This document shows, one piece after another, positions 26,525-39,458 of a stretch of 64,000 bases of DNA (positions within the stretch are counted from its first letter, which is position 1; every line of letters starts with the position of its first letter). Both the position numbers and the translations under genes were made by a program. This stretch comes from Octopus bimaculoides (Eukaryota): assembly GCF_001194135.2 (NCBI RefSeq), contig NC_068986.1:106456151-106520150 (forward strand), written 5' to 3'. The notes below the pieces were generated by a model. That model ran no database searches, was not told where the DNA came from, and was given only the letters and a program-made list of their open reading frames with translations.

Positions 26525-26870
26525 TCACAGTGTTGCTAGTTTAGCCCTCGACCCAGCCTTGTTGGTGTACTTAAGTATCTTCGTAGGAGCTGTAACAACT
26601 TTTTTCACAGTTTGGTAATATCTTCCTATTATTTTAGATATTTCAAATGCTGATTTTCCTTTTGCAAGTCTCGAAGAAATAATGGATTTCTCTGAAACAG
26701 TTAAGTCACATTTACGACCCATAATTATAGGGTTATGAGACAACTTGTTAATAACTTCGATTTATTGAAATTTCGTGGAAATCATAAAATGGCCGCGGTT
26801 TGTTTACACTTGCGTAAAACGTCACATTTTTTACACACCACGCGTATACAATTGATGGTATCATTCTGTG
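26525..26870 (-). mobile_element. Tc1-like transposase 5' fragment (N-terminal HTH)
   Basis: MGRKCDLTVSEKSIISSRLAKGKSAFEISKIIGRYYQTVKKVV resembles the Tc1-family N-terminal HTH. Confidence 0.55.
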
Positions 26871-26974
26871 GAAATTTCATTAAATTCCAACGGGTAATTT
26901 TGAAATAAAATATAAAAGTATTGCATCGTTAATAATTTGAAAGGCAACGTGTGTGTATGTGTACATTTATATAC

Positions 26975-27033
<59 letters not shown>

Positions 27034-27127
27034 NNNNNNNNNNNNNNNNNNNNNNNNNNNNNNNNNNNNNNNNNNNNNNNNNNNNNNNNNNNNNNNNNNN
27101 NNNNNNNNNNNNNNNNNNNNNNNNNGG

Positions 27128-27161
<34 letters not shown>

Positions 27162-28677
27162 GAGAGAGGGAGAGAGAGATCTGTATACATCTCTATGCGT
27201 ATATACATAAATGCATACACACACATATGCATGCAGTATGATTATTGCATGAAGATATTTGTGTATGTTTGTTACATGTCTAGGACAAACCACCAAACTT
27301 CACGAAGTGTACCAACAGTGAATGACTCATTCTAAACTCAATTGTGAAATAAATATAAACACAAGCAAAATGAAAAGCGTTTTTTGTTTATTTGTACCGC
27401 CCATCTAATGAACAAACTAATGAGAGAGATAAAGGCCTGTTGTTTATTTTATATTAATTTCGAATCCAAATCGATTTTTGTTCCAAACTGTTCAGATATT
27501 TAAAAATCGTTATAGGGCAGAAGATATTTTAACCAAATTTACTGATTTGTTAACGAATCGTGTTGGGATATATGTATATGTTTTCGTGTGTCTATGAATA
27601 TATAAGGGTGTGTGTGTTTGTGTGTATGTGTGTGCGTGCGTATTTGTGTGTGTGTGTGTGTATGTGTGTGTGTGTGTGTCTGTGTGTGTGTGGTTGGAGG
27701 GGTGTAGTTGTCACTGTTTTATGCGTGATCGTACATCTATACTTATGTAGAAATCTATTTCTGTTACTTTGTATGTTTTTGTGTATAGCAATATAAGTGG
27801 ATCTGTCTTTGTCTACGTTGTATATATATATAGTCATAAGTTTGTATGAGTGCTGGAGTTGATTTGTGTGCGTGTGTATACATATGTATGTTGTATGTAT
27901 AAAGCTTCATTTTGAATCTGCTAGTGTTTATATGTGTATTATTGTGTGTAGGTGTTTGTGTATATTAGTATATGTGTTTGTCAATGGTGTATATCTGATA
28001 GAATCTGTGTACGCGTGCAGGAGCTTATTTGCTTTACTGTGCATTTCTGCGAACGCGCGCTTGTGTGATAATGTCTGGCTGTGTGAGCGTATAAATGAGT
28101 ACGTGCCCTTGTGTATAAACTCACGTGTGTTCAAGAGTGTGTGTATATGAATATCATTTGCATTGCGTGTGTGTAGATGTGTGCGATATTCTGAAATTAT
28201 TTGCGTGTGCTTGAATTTCTATATGTTTGCATGTGTGTGTTTGTGCGTGCGTATGAGGCATAATCATATTGAGATTCTCTGTATATATACACATGTATTT
28301 GCATGTGTGTATATGCATCTGTGTGCTTTCTTGCGCAAAAGAAAAAAATACTGCCGTTTGTCTTTGGAAGTATAAAACTTGATATTCTTTCGGAAATTCC
28401 CGACATTTATTTTCATATAAATTTGTCAAATAGATAAATATACGCCTGTCAACAATGAATTGTGCCTGCAGGTTCATGCTGTCATTATAATCATTATCAC
28501 AGATTAATCACAAAGAAGAACATGATGAAAGACATGTATAAACTTTATCGACGACACAAACACGAAACTTAAATATAACAGCAGACACAATTTTCATATA
28601 TTTGAAATAAATCATTATTCATGTATAAATACATACATACATGCTTATCAATCAATCAATCAATCAATCTATCTATC

Positions 28678-28927
28678 TATATTTATATAAAGGGCATTAT
28701 TACAGAAAATAATAACGCCACACAGTGGACTTCTCAAAATAACCACATTTAGTACCCAATGCGAGGAAAAAACAACCAACAGAAGATTACCAACTTTCTT
28801 TTAAATAGAAAGTTGGTAATCTTCTGTTGGTTGTTTTTTCCTCGCATTGGGTACTAAATGTGCTTATTTTGAGAAGTCCACTGTGTGGCGTTATTATTTT
28901 CTGTATAATGCCCTTTATATAAATATA
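28678..28927. repeat. Near-perfect palindrome, about 120-bp arms, about 7-bp loop
   Basis: 28678-28799 versus the reverse complement of 28807-28927 shows one substitution and one 1-nt indel. Confidence 0.97.
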
Positions 28928-29036
28928 AACGAATAATTATAATCTTGGGAATAGTAAATTTCCCTTATGAATTTTTTTACACACTGGCTTCTTGATGAAA
29001 TTCTTGTAAAAGAGTTTTATCCTTTTTTGAATTTAT

Positions 29037-29076
<40 letters not shown>

Positions 29077-29612
29077 NNNNNNNNNNNNNNNNNNNNNNNN
29101 NNNNNNNNNNNNNNNNNNNNNNNNNNNNNNNNNNNNNNNNNNNNNNNNNNNNNNNNNNNNNNNNNNNNNNNNNNNNNNNNNNNNNNNNNNNNNNNNNNNN
29201 NNNNNNNNNNNNNNNNNNNNNNNNNNNNNNNNNNNNNNNNNNNNNNNTATATATATATATATATGTTAGACAGAATGAGGTAACAAAGCCGAGGCTGTGA
29301 GGAGTTTTCAGAATGTTTATAAGGAAATAGTCTTACAGCTGTTTCTGAGATATTATGGATATCCCTTCATCAGAGACGGTGTGAGAAGGTTAAATAGAGG
29401 AAATATTTGAGTTCGAATTATTATGCAAAGGGAGAAGATAGGGAATATAGAGGGAAATAAGAGAATGAAAATAGAAATAAGATGTATAACGATATTGTAG
29501 TTGCAGCTCCATTATTCGAGTAAAATGGTGTATAGGAGTGGTAAAAAAGTTTCCTGTACATGGTATGTAAGTTCCAATAGCATATATATATACATATGTA
29601 TATATGTATAGA

Positions 29613-29645
<33 letters not shown>

Positions 29646-29664
29646 AATATACGCCACACTTTTA

Positions 29665-29935
29665 ATGTGAAAGTTAAAGATTGGGAGATGGCAGAAAATC
29701 GATCGGCTGGGGCGGAAGCGCTGTACAATGACAGCAAAGGTTTTGGAACACGGAAAATCAAAAGCTCCATTTTGAAACGAGAACTTCGTAAATAGGACTT
29801 GACTTCAATCCCAGAATTGGTTCTGTCGGTAATTGCTTGTAAGACCTATAGTAAGGTATGTTTGTCTAAATCTGGACTTGTTAGTCATATGAGATCCCAT
29901 AACGGCAGGTACTACTTGGCGAGATGACCTTCTTC
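29665..29935 (+). mobile_element. RTE-clade LINE 3' end fragment
   Basis: DWEMAENRSAGAEALYNDSKGFGTRKIKSSILKRELRK and ACKTYSKVCLSKSGLVSHMRSH, the C-terminal zinc-finger-like motif typical of RTE ORF ends. Confidence 0.7.
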
Positions 29936-30160
29936 TCTTAGGAATTGTCAGATACTACAGACACACAGACAAACACACATTTGTGTATATATCTGCAATG
30001 TCGGATGCTCCTGAACCAGTTGTTAAGTATCCCGCCCCTGAGTGACCGATGCTCCATGTGTCGAAACAATTGTAGTGATTAATAGAAATTCACGAATCTT
30101 CCATCTTCCCTCTTTCATTTATCTTATATACATATGTATATATACCTGCATACACACACA

Positions 30161-30211
<51 letters not shown>

Positions 30212-30590
30212 GAAATGACTTCTTTACAGTAGCACGTGTATAAAAATCTTAACTTTTTTTATTTTTGTAGTTATTATTGCCTGATCTGTTGTTTTGCTGT
30301 TTTCTTGTTGTTTGACCCATATTAAACTCTGATTGAACAGCCAAATGAACGAAATTATTCAGTGTATAAATAGTTTCTGAATAAATAGCTTCAAAACAGA
30401 AAGCAAAGCCTGGAAACCACATAAATGTTTGCATCTCTTAGATTTTATCTAGAAAACATATCCAGAAAATATTAGAATATTTGAAACCATTAATACTAAA
30501 ATAAATATTGCATAATAAGATTGCTTTTTAATTCCCGTTTAAGATTCTACTAATACAAATATAACCACTGTATATATACCCCTCAATCAC

Positions 30591-30622
<32 letters not shown>

Positions 30623-30670
30623 TATTATTATTATTATTATTACTATTATTATTATTATTATTATTATTAT

Positions 30671-30994
30671 TGACATAGCATGCCCAGCTGGCAACAAGGT
30701 ATGGGATAATTAGAAATAAAAGTCGAGAGATATGACAGGTTAGCTTGGGAAGTTAAGCAGTTGTGGGCAATGAAAAAGGTACCAGTAAGTGTCGGAGCCC
30801 TTGGAACAGTGAGCAAAAATCTCGAGAAGTATGTGGAACAAATAGGGGCTGCAATAAGGGTGGAGCACTTGCAGAAAATAGCACTACTTGGAACCACTCA
30901 AATACTCCGGAAGGTGCTCGAAAAATAAGAGGTATTACTTTAGTTCACTGGTAGTGAACAGCTGACACTGTAGCGTTAAAAGCTGTGCAAATGC

Positions 30995-30995
<1 letters not shown>
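30671..30995 (+). mobile_element. R4/Dong-type LINE 3' end, followed by (AAT)n
   Basis: DIACPAG...KVERYDRLAWEVKQLWAMKKVPVSVGALGTVSKNLEKYVEQIG...LQKIALLGTTQILRKVLEK*, then a short 3' UTR and (AAT)n. Confidence 0.85.
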
Positions 30996-31053
<58 letters not shown>

Positions 31054-31072
31054 TAATAATAATAATAATAAT

Positions 31073-31124
<52 letters not shown>

Positions 31125-31126
<2 letters not shown>

Positions 31127-31231
31127 TTCTACTGCAGGTACAAGGCCTCAAATTTGTGGGGAGGTAACTAGTCGATTACATCAGCTCCAGTGTTTCACTG
31201 GTACTTAATTTATCGACCCCGAAGGGATGAA
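31125..31231 (-). mobile_element. SINE family A, 3' fragment
   Basis: acaaggcctcaaattt...ctggtacttaatttatcgaccccgaagggatgaacggcaaa. Confidence 0.8.
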
Positions 31232-31430
31232 CGGCAAATCGTGCTACGTGGGACAGTATTTATTGTTTATTAAATGTAAACGTCTATATGTATGTTAGCG
31301 TAATGGAGTTTGCCTCTATTGAGAAACTGTTTTCGACTACAGGGCTACTTCCAGATATGACAGAGGGCCAGTCATCTCACCACTGTAGATTACTCTATCA
31401 ACTGACTGTCTTCAGTTCTGGCTGGCCTGC

Positions 31431-31538
31431 CAGCTGCATCTGACTTCCAGCTGCATCTGACTTCCAGCTGCATCTGACTTCCAGCTGCATCTGACTTCCA
31501 GCTGCATCTGACTTCCAGCTGCATCTGACTTCCAGCTG
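31431..31538. repeat. 17-bp minisatellite, 6 perfect copies plus a partial copy
   Basis: (cagctgcatctgacttc)x6 + cagctg. Confidence 0.98.
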
Positions 31539-33117
31539 GGTTTCTATTAAAAATTAAATAGCGGTTAGTATCAAATCATGCATCGTAATTTTTTGTTTGT
31601 CTTCCACATGGTTTTCTATCTTTAAATTTGCCTTAGCCTTATCGGTCCAAGTTGCCCTTGTTCCCTCCCTACTACGAGTACGCTCAAATACAATCCACAT
31701 GAGCCAAAGAGGCAGCTTCTTTGGGATTGCTTTACTTTCTTTAAACAACGGCAAAATCAGCTTCATGCCATAAACCGGTCTCGAAAATGGGTGCAGACAT
31801 TTGATAATATAGTCCTAGACACCCCGTTCCTGAGAAAACTGGATGCTCCTGGTTTGAAACACATTTAATTTTGTTGATTTACAATTAAACAACAAAATAC
31901 ACCACCAACAATGGCTGCATTACAAGTTAGTATGACTTGCTACAAGCGAGAGTCAATTCTCCTTATCTGAAATAAATAATTTTAGATCAACCAATATGAT
32001 CGTTGATTAAAGGCCTGTAGTGTAAGGGATGATGTGGAGCTAAGCCACAACCGTTACCAGCTTACAACTTTCTCAACTCGATATATATCATCTGTTTATA
32101 GAAATCAACACTGAATAACAGCTGACCTATAATCAAAATGTGTTCTAGCCATGACCAACCTCTAATTTTGTTTTTAAATTGAAACATTTTACAAGCACAT
32201 TAGCCAATGTGACATTCAATTTTTAAAAGCATGTAAGTTGTGATCTAATGGAAATTTGACTACGTTTTGTTAAAATTCAAGTTACCACGTAGGCGCTCCC
32301 TCGTTGAAATATAAACATATTTTGTCGTAAAATAAAGATACATGTAAGTTATTGATTTTCAAAAAGAAAAATATATATAAAAAAGAGGAGAGTAATAAGT
32401 TAAACATTCAAGAACAGATGGAACATGGAGGAAGAAATAGAATATAAAACTAGATAAAACATGATAGCTAAACAACAATCCACAAGGAATAAACAGCTGT
32501 TTGTTCAATTATGTTATATATTTCCTTCCAGTACAGACAACAAGAATGTCATTGGACTTTGTTAAATAGCACGTAATTTGAAGACTGTAATAAAATAGTG
32601 TCATAAATATGACAGTAAATATAATTCAGTGAACCATTATTACACAGACAAGCTGACATGTCTGTGTACACAGAGAGTGTGTGCAAACGTACTATTTTCA
32701 TCTCTAGAAAAGGATTTTTTTTTAATGGATACTTTATGAAACAAGAACTTCGTAAATTTGAATTTTGATCGCATTTATAGAAATAAACGTTCACACGGCA
32801 TCTAAATATATTTATAAATATAACAATTAGGTAGTATAGGAGACAGTCATTTAAACAATTTCAGAACTACTAAATATATTATTTTTGTGTGTGTATTTTT
32901 AATAGAGCAGTTTAACATAAAATAATTAAATTTTGTTGTTGTTGTGATTCCTGTTTACTGATACAAATTATATGCATTTGCTGAAAATAAGTCCCTTGTG
33001 AGATTTTATAAGCCTCAGAGTGTTTTCCTCTTTGTTCAATTCTTTTCAGTGGTTGTTTTTCTTGGATTCTTTTCCTTTCTACTTGTATCGCCTTTAAAAC
33101 ACACACACACACACACG

Positions 33118-33214
<97 letters not shown>

Positions 33215-35237
33215 CATTCAACTACGGTAGTAGTTGAATAATTTTCTTAAGGCCACAATTTACTCACACGTAGCATATTTCAGAACTTGTCGCTAATTCA
33301 ATTAATAACCAAACTGAAAACTGTTAACATTTTTGAAGAGGACTGGATCCTGGCCACAGTTTGGCATAGCAAAACTGAGATTTGATGCAGTAGAAAAAAG
33401 TTTACATCAAAACATGTAGCAACGTAATGGGAGAGTTTGTAACGCCACCAATCAAGTTTAGATCTAACTTTTTTTATTTTAAAAGTAAAATATATTTATC
33501 TTAGCTTCAATGATAGAAAACAAGCATGACGAATTTCATAGTTTTAATCCCATACAACAAAAATTTGTATAAAAAAAGTTGTGAGGCAAAATATCAGGAA
33601 AAAAAAATAAGGCAAATAACTGGATTTAAGTATAATTAAGCATAATTAACTTTTTTATATTAAAAACAAACTAAACTATAGAGCTCAATTCGAAGAATTT
33701 CATAGTATCAATCTCATGCAATGAGGTTTTAAAAGAAAAAAGTTATCAGTGTTTGTTTCTCAAATTTGAGAATGATAATATAGCTCTATACTTCTTTTAT
33801 GAATATAGTTCTATAAGGGGACTGTCTTTTGACATTACCGGCTAAGTTATGACCTCGTGTATTAGTTTACATGCCGGTCAGGCGACCAGCTGACTTGCGA
33901 ATCAATCTACGCTCATCCCAAATGGGCTGCGGCAGAAACATCTCACAAATTGTTTAATTTCGCTTCGGTTTATATGAGATTTGATGGTTGACTGTTCCAG
34001 CTTTGAGAGAAGAAATCGTCTACACAAATTGTACTTCAATTTCAGTTGTTTTTGTTTTTATGAAACACAGCGCTTGAGTCGTATTTACTGAATAAACGCT
34101 TCAGGGTAACGTTCACCATTTTGTTTTTGCTTATAGACATCACATTTATTCCTGACAAACTGTCTCCATGGTTTACGGTTTTAAAGTAATGTCTCCTAGT
34201 TAACCACATCAATCTTTGAAGCTTTAATTAACCTTTTATAACAACCCTATGCATGTTTTATAAAATATGCACATACATACATGTATAGACGTATACATGC
34301 TTATATACATACATGAATACATATGTTGAATAAGAATGCTCAGTGTGTAAAAGCTCTCTATATACTAGCGTTACCTCCAGTTGCATTAACATTGATTAAG
34401 TTGTCAAACCAGTCCGTTCTAAGCCAAAATAAATTGTTTTTAATGCATGGAAGTACAATAATTTCTGGTCAAATAACACATACAGTACCGTCTGTACTAA
34501 GCAACCCACACATGTTATTTTTTCGAATGGCTAATATTATTAAAATACACGAAGACAACATTATTGTGAACCAAGTACCACCGAGTTACATATAACTATA
34601 AGGAGCACAGGTTTTCAAGCTTTACTTTATTTTTGTTTTGTAATGCTAACATTTCTCTGTTTCGCAATTAGCTTATTTTATTGTATTTCAGGATGGCTAT
34701 GAAATCAATAATAAACACAAGCAGTGACTCGGTTTCACATGTTTATTGTTTATTTTTCAGCTATATAATCGATGGAGTAATCGATTACTTGATTAATTGT
34801 TTGATTAATCAATAATGCTTGCCAAAGCTCTTTAGTAACCATTCGTGATCTCATTAATGATATGCTTTCTCTATGTCAGATCTTCTTCAGGTATGTTTTA
34901 GTTAATCGGCCAAATTGTTAACCAATTAACAAATGTATGGTAAAGAAGCAAAGTAGTAGATTCAGTTCGTGCGTTAATTATTGGCGTAAGAAACATCTTG
35001 AAATAATGCAAAATATGTTCCAACTCACGAATTAACATTAAGAATCTTGCAAACCAAATACCAAAACGGGGCAATTCACATGGTTAATGCGATTTTACTG
35101 ACCTCCGCACCTGATAATGAAAACTAGTGTGGTATGAGGTTGTTGAATATACATTTTCAGCCTCATTTGCAGCACTTTACTATCATATTATTAATCATGA
35201 TGATATTATTTAAATTTATACGTATAGCATATACACG

Positions 35238-35400
35238 CAGGCACGGCTGTGCGGTTAAGAAGATCGAATTGAAAACCATGTGCATTCACTCCCACTGCGT
35301 GATAGTTTGGGCAAATGTCTTCTTCTATAGCCTAGGGCCGACCAGTATCATGTAAGAGAACTTGGTTGACGGAAACTGTGTGGAGACTTGTCGTATTCAT
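35238..35400 (+). mobile_element. SINE family B, 5' half
   Basis: gcacggctgtgcggttaagaag...cccactgcgtg...gggcaaatgtcttcttctatagcctagggccgacc...gacggaaactg. Confidence 0.8.
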
Positions 35401-35407
35401 AGATACA

Positions 35408-35441
<34 letters not shown>

Positions 35442-35778
35442 CATAAATACAGACATACATACATACAGACATGCATATTCACACACACACACACACACAC
35501 ACACGAATAAAATAATTCACAAATATAATAGCATCATTCTGTAATTCATCACTGATGTACTCTGTAATTAACATACCAAATTACTAATTGCTGATGAACT
35601 TCGAATTTTCACTTTCTACCTGACAGACGCAAATAACTTATAAGACTGCTATTGCCTTTATTAGATTATTAACCGGGTTTATTACACTGTTCCCTTATTG
35701 AGATATTTACCTGACCACTCATTTTCCCTGTTCGGAAGAGGCCATGGCATGTATATGAATAGAATAGACAGATACTGG

Positions 35779-35819
<41 letters not shown>

Positions 35820-36059
35820 GCGACACTATATCACACGACACATCACTTCACATCACACCACCACTCACACACTAGCACTGACCAATCCCCCTCCCCACAT
35901 TTTCACACCTTCACACCTACAGACACATTTACATACATTAAGATAACCAGCATTCTCTCACATACACGCAGCTTCTCGTCTTGGGTTCACGCTACTTTGT
36001 TATCTCCCCTTTTTCTTAGCTCTCCTGTGTGATGCTTCTGGCCGGCATTCGCTATGATA

Positions 36060-36272
36060 GAACGCTGACCACTACATTTATATTTTTTTTCTCCTTGTTT
36101 CTCTCCTTATTTCTTTCTGTGTTCCTTTCAGTTGAAAAGCGTAGGCTCGAAACGTCAAACACTTTCTCTATTCCCGAGCGTTAAACTAATACATCCATTT
36201 GTTGTTTACACCACATGTCTTCGTCTGTTGGTTTTTTTCGTAAATTCTCTCATATATATATATATATATATA
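36060..36272 (+). mobile_element. Penelope-type short repeat family H1 (hammerhead-like motif about 36125-36160, degenerate)
   Basis: cctttcagttgaaaagcgtaggctcgaaacgtcaaac...cccgagcgttaaactaatac..., ending in (TA)n. Confidence 0.7.
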
Positions 36273-36703
36273 NNNNNNNNNNNNNNNNNNNNNNNNNNNN
36301 NNNNNNNNNNNNNNNNNNNNNNNNNNNNNNNNNNNNNNNNNNNNNNNNNNNNNNNNNNNNNNNNNNNNNNNNNNNNNNNNNNNNNNNNNNNNNNNNNNNN
36401 NNNNNNNNNNNNNNNNNNNNNNNNNNNNNNNNNNNNNNNNNNNNNNNNNNNNNNNNNNNNNNNNNNNNNNNNNNNNNNNNNNNNNNNNNNNNNNNNNNNN
36501 NNNNNNNNNNNNNNNNNNNNNNNNNNNNNNNNNNNNNNNNNNNNNNNNNNNNNNNNNNNNNNNNNNNNNNNNNNNNNNNNNNNNNNNNNNNNNNNNNNNN
36601 NNNNNNNNNNNNNNNNNNNNNNNNNNNNNNNNNNNNNNNNNNNNNNNNNNNNNNNNNNNNNNNNNNNNNNNNNNNNNNNNNNNAGTGTTCAAACTGTTAG
36701 AGT

Positions 36704-37207
36704 GTAAGTGAGTGGGTGTAGTTTTCTATTGTCTAAAAGAAATCTTTGTGGGTCCCTGCCAAGGGAATGGCTTCAAAGCATTTACTGAATAGGTTTTACG
36801 TCCACCTGTGAATGAGTGTGTGCGTGTGTGTGTGTGTGTGTGTGCGTGTGTGTGTGTGTGTGTGTGTATGTGTGTGTGTGTGTGTGTGTGAGTATTGTGT
36901 TGAATGTCCTTTTAATATGTTTGGAATGTGACCAGATGGGTGTTGATGGGCGTGTATGTTGTGATGAACGTCTTGTTGAAAGAACAATTAGGATTTTCCA
37001 TTGGGTTAGATGTATTCTTTTGAGTGTCTTCACCTGTGTGTATGTGTATGGTGTTTTTGTGTGTTTGTGAGTGTATGTGCAGGTGCGTTTGTGTGTGTAT
37101 TTGTTTTGCGATATTTTCTTTTGTTTATATGTGTACTGTGTGGCTGTGTGTGTTTGCGTTTTCTTTTGTGTGTATGTGTGCGTGTGTGTGTGTGTTTGTG
37201 AAGTTTT

Positions 37208-37260
<53 letters not shown>

Positions 37261-37889
37261 TTTGAGATGTTTTCTTTTGCGCGTATATCTGATCATGTGA
37301 GTGTGTGTGTGTGCAAAAATGTGTGTGTGTGTGAGTGTGGGATTGCGTGTGCAGATGTGTATGTGTGTGTTTTGCGATGTTTTCCTTTGTATGTATGCGT
37401 GTTTATATATGTGTGTGTTTGTGTGTCGCTTTTTTGTGATATTTTCTTTTGCGTATGTGTATTTGTATGCCTGTGTATGTTTTTGTGTGTGCGAGTATGT
37501 TTTTCTGCGATGCTTGCTTTTGTGTGTATGTGTATATGGGTGTTTGTGTGCGTGTATGAGTGTGCAGAGGTGTGTGTTTGTTTTGGAGAAGGTTTCTTGG
37601 AGACACCCAAAAGAATACATCCAGCCCAAAGGAAAATCCTAATTCTTTCTTCAACAAGACATTCATCACAACATACCCATCAACATACAACCGGTCACAT
37701 TCCAAGCATATTGAAAGAACATTCAATACAATACACACACACACACACACACACGCACACACACGCACACACACACTCATACAGAGGTGGACGTAAAACC
37801 CATTCAATAAAATGTTTCCAAGTCACTCCCTTGGCAGGAATTCACAAAGACAACTACACCCCCTCTCTTACTCTCTTACACTCTAAACT
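36704..37889. repeat. Inverted repeat (about 36704-37030 versus 37590-37889) around a TG-rich spacer
   Basis: For example, ttttacgtccacctg matches the reverse complement of gaggtggacgtaaaa, and gttgaaagaacaattaggattttcc matches the reverse complement of ggaaaatcctaattctttcttcaac. Confidence 0.9.
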
Positions 37890-38219
37890 NNNNNNNNNNN
37901 NNNNNNNNNNNNNNNNNNNNNNNNNNNNNNNNNNNNNNNNNNNNNNNNNNNNNNNNNNNNNNNNNNNNNNNNNNNNNNNNNNNNNNNNNNNNNNNNNNNN
38001 NNNNNNNNNNNNNNNNNNNNNNNNNNNNNNNNNNNNNNNNNNNNNNNNNNNNNNNNNNNNNNNNNNNNNNNNNNNNNNNNNNNNNNNNNNNNNNNNNNNN
38101 NNNNNNNNNNNNNNNNNNNNNNNNNNNNNNNNNNNNNNNNNNNNNNNNNNNNNNNNNNNNNNNNNNNNNNNNNNNNNNNNNNNNNNNNNNNNNNNNNNNN
38201 NNNNNNNNNNNNNNNNNNN

Positions 38220-38254
<35 letters not shown>

Positions 38255-38277
38255 GTGTGTATTTATATATCTGTGTG

Positions 38278-38430
38278 CGTGTGTGTCTCCCCACCGACCT
38301 TTTAGATATCGATGAGATTAGTACCAGTTTAAAGAAATAAATAGAGGATTGAATGGTTCGATTTAGCAGTTCAATGCCGTGCTCCAGCATGGTTAGCTTC
38401 CAATGACTGAAATAATTAAAAGCAAAAAGA
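38278..38430 (+). mobile_element. SINE family B, 3' fragment
   Basis: gtgctccagcatgg...caatgactgaaa. Confidence 0.55.
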
Positions 38431-39264
38431 AAATATAAAGTAAATTATCTGTTATGGCTATCCTCTGTCATTGTATGCCCTTAATTTGCCATACGTTACA
38501 GTAGTCCTAACTAATTTTTATGGCTCTTTGATAAAAATTCCATTTATTGTTGGAATATTGTGACAATTCATGTCAAAATGGAGGACAATCAAGATAGATT
38601 ATGGATTTAAGAAACGTTTTTTTTCCATTTATGATATAATTAACTTAAGCCTTGTAGTAGTGTAATAAAAAATAGTCCGTATTTCAGTTAGTTGTAGTAA
38701 ACCGAGCGAAATGACAATTATGGCAATTACTCTTTGTGCTAATTCATGAAAATTTTATTGCGGAACATTTATCGCATGCTGTGTTATTAAAACGTCATAT
38801 CCTATTTGACCCTTTGCATTTCCCTAAACATTTTCAAATATTTGTCCTTAAGGTCCATTTTTTTTTTTAATCCTTTAGTTAACCCTTGTTAGGTACGTTC
38901 TGAATAATATAAAACTTTCTTTCATAATCTCAAGTTTATCTGGTGATAGAAAGAAACTGGGAATGTATATCATATATGATCCATTGACGCCGTGGAAATA
39001 TGTCTAGTGTACCACATATAATACAAAGGACAGGAAAAAGTTAAAACAGTAAGCAATAATTAAACGAAAATTCGATTACTATTTCTAGCAGATCGCACAA
39101 CTGTGTCACATTTCTTCCATAGGCACAAGGCCTGAAATTTTGGAGACCGGGCGTTTCGAATGTTTATTGAGCAAAAACACCTAAAGCTCGACGAAGCTTC
39201 GGCAGAGAGTCGTGGCGAACCTTGCTGTAGTCTTTCACCACAACTTTCACTCACTGTTTTTTCC

Positions 39265-39458
39265 TGTTTCTGTTCTACCTGTACTTCAATGGGCTAGCCT
39301 TGTTACAATCTGTGTCACACTGAATCTCTCCGAGAACTATGTTACGGGTACATGTGTCTGTGGAGTGCTCAGCCACTTGGACGTTAAGTTTATCAGCAGG
39401 TTGTTCCCTTGATTGGATCAACTGGAACCCTCGTCGTCGTAACCGACGGAGTGCCGTT
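39265..39458 (+). mobile_element. SINE family C, 3' part
   Basis: gggctagccttg...ctgaatctctccgagaact...tggagtgctcagccactt...ggaaccctcgtcgtcgtaaccgacggagtgcc. Confidence 0.85.

Noticed and set aside
30035-30080. ctgagtga...gtcgaaac hammerhead-like string
   Set aside because: The core spacing is wrong and stems I and II are not convincing.
31431-31538. CRISPR-like array (also 47928-47990)
   Set aside because: The tandem units have no spacers, the context is eukaryotic, and there are no cas genes.
37024-38340. 438-aa Cys/Val-rich ORF
   Set aside because: It comes from a TG-rich repeat, an inverted-repeat arm and an N gap, with no domain signal.
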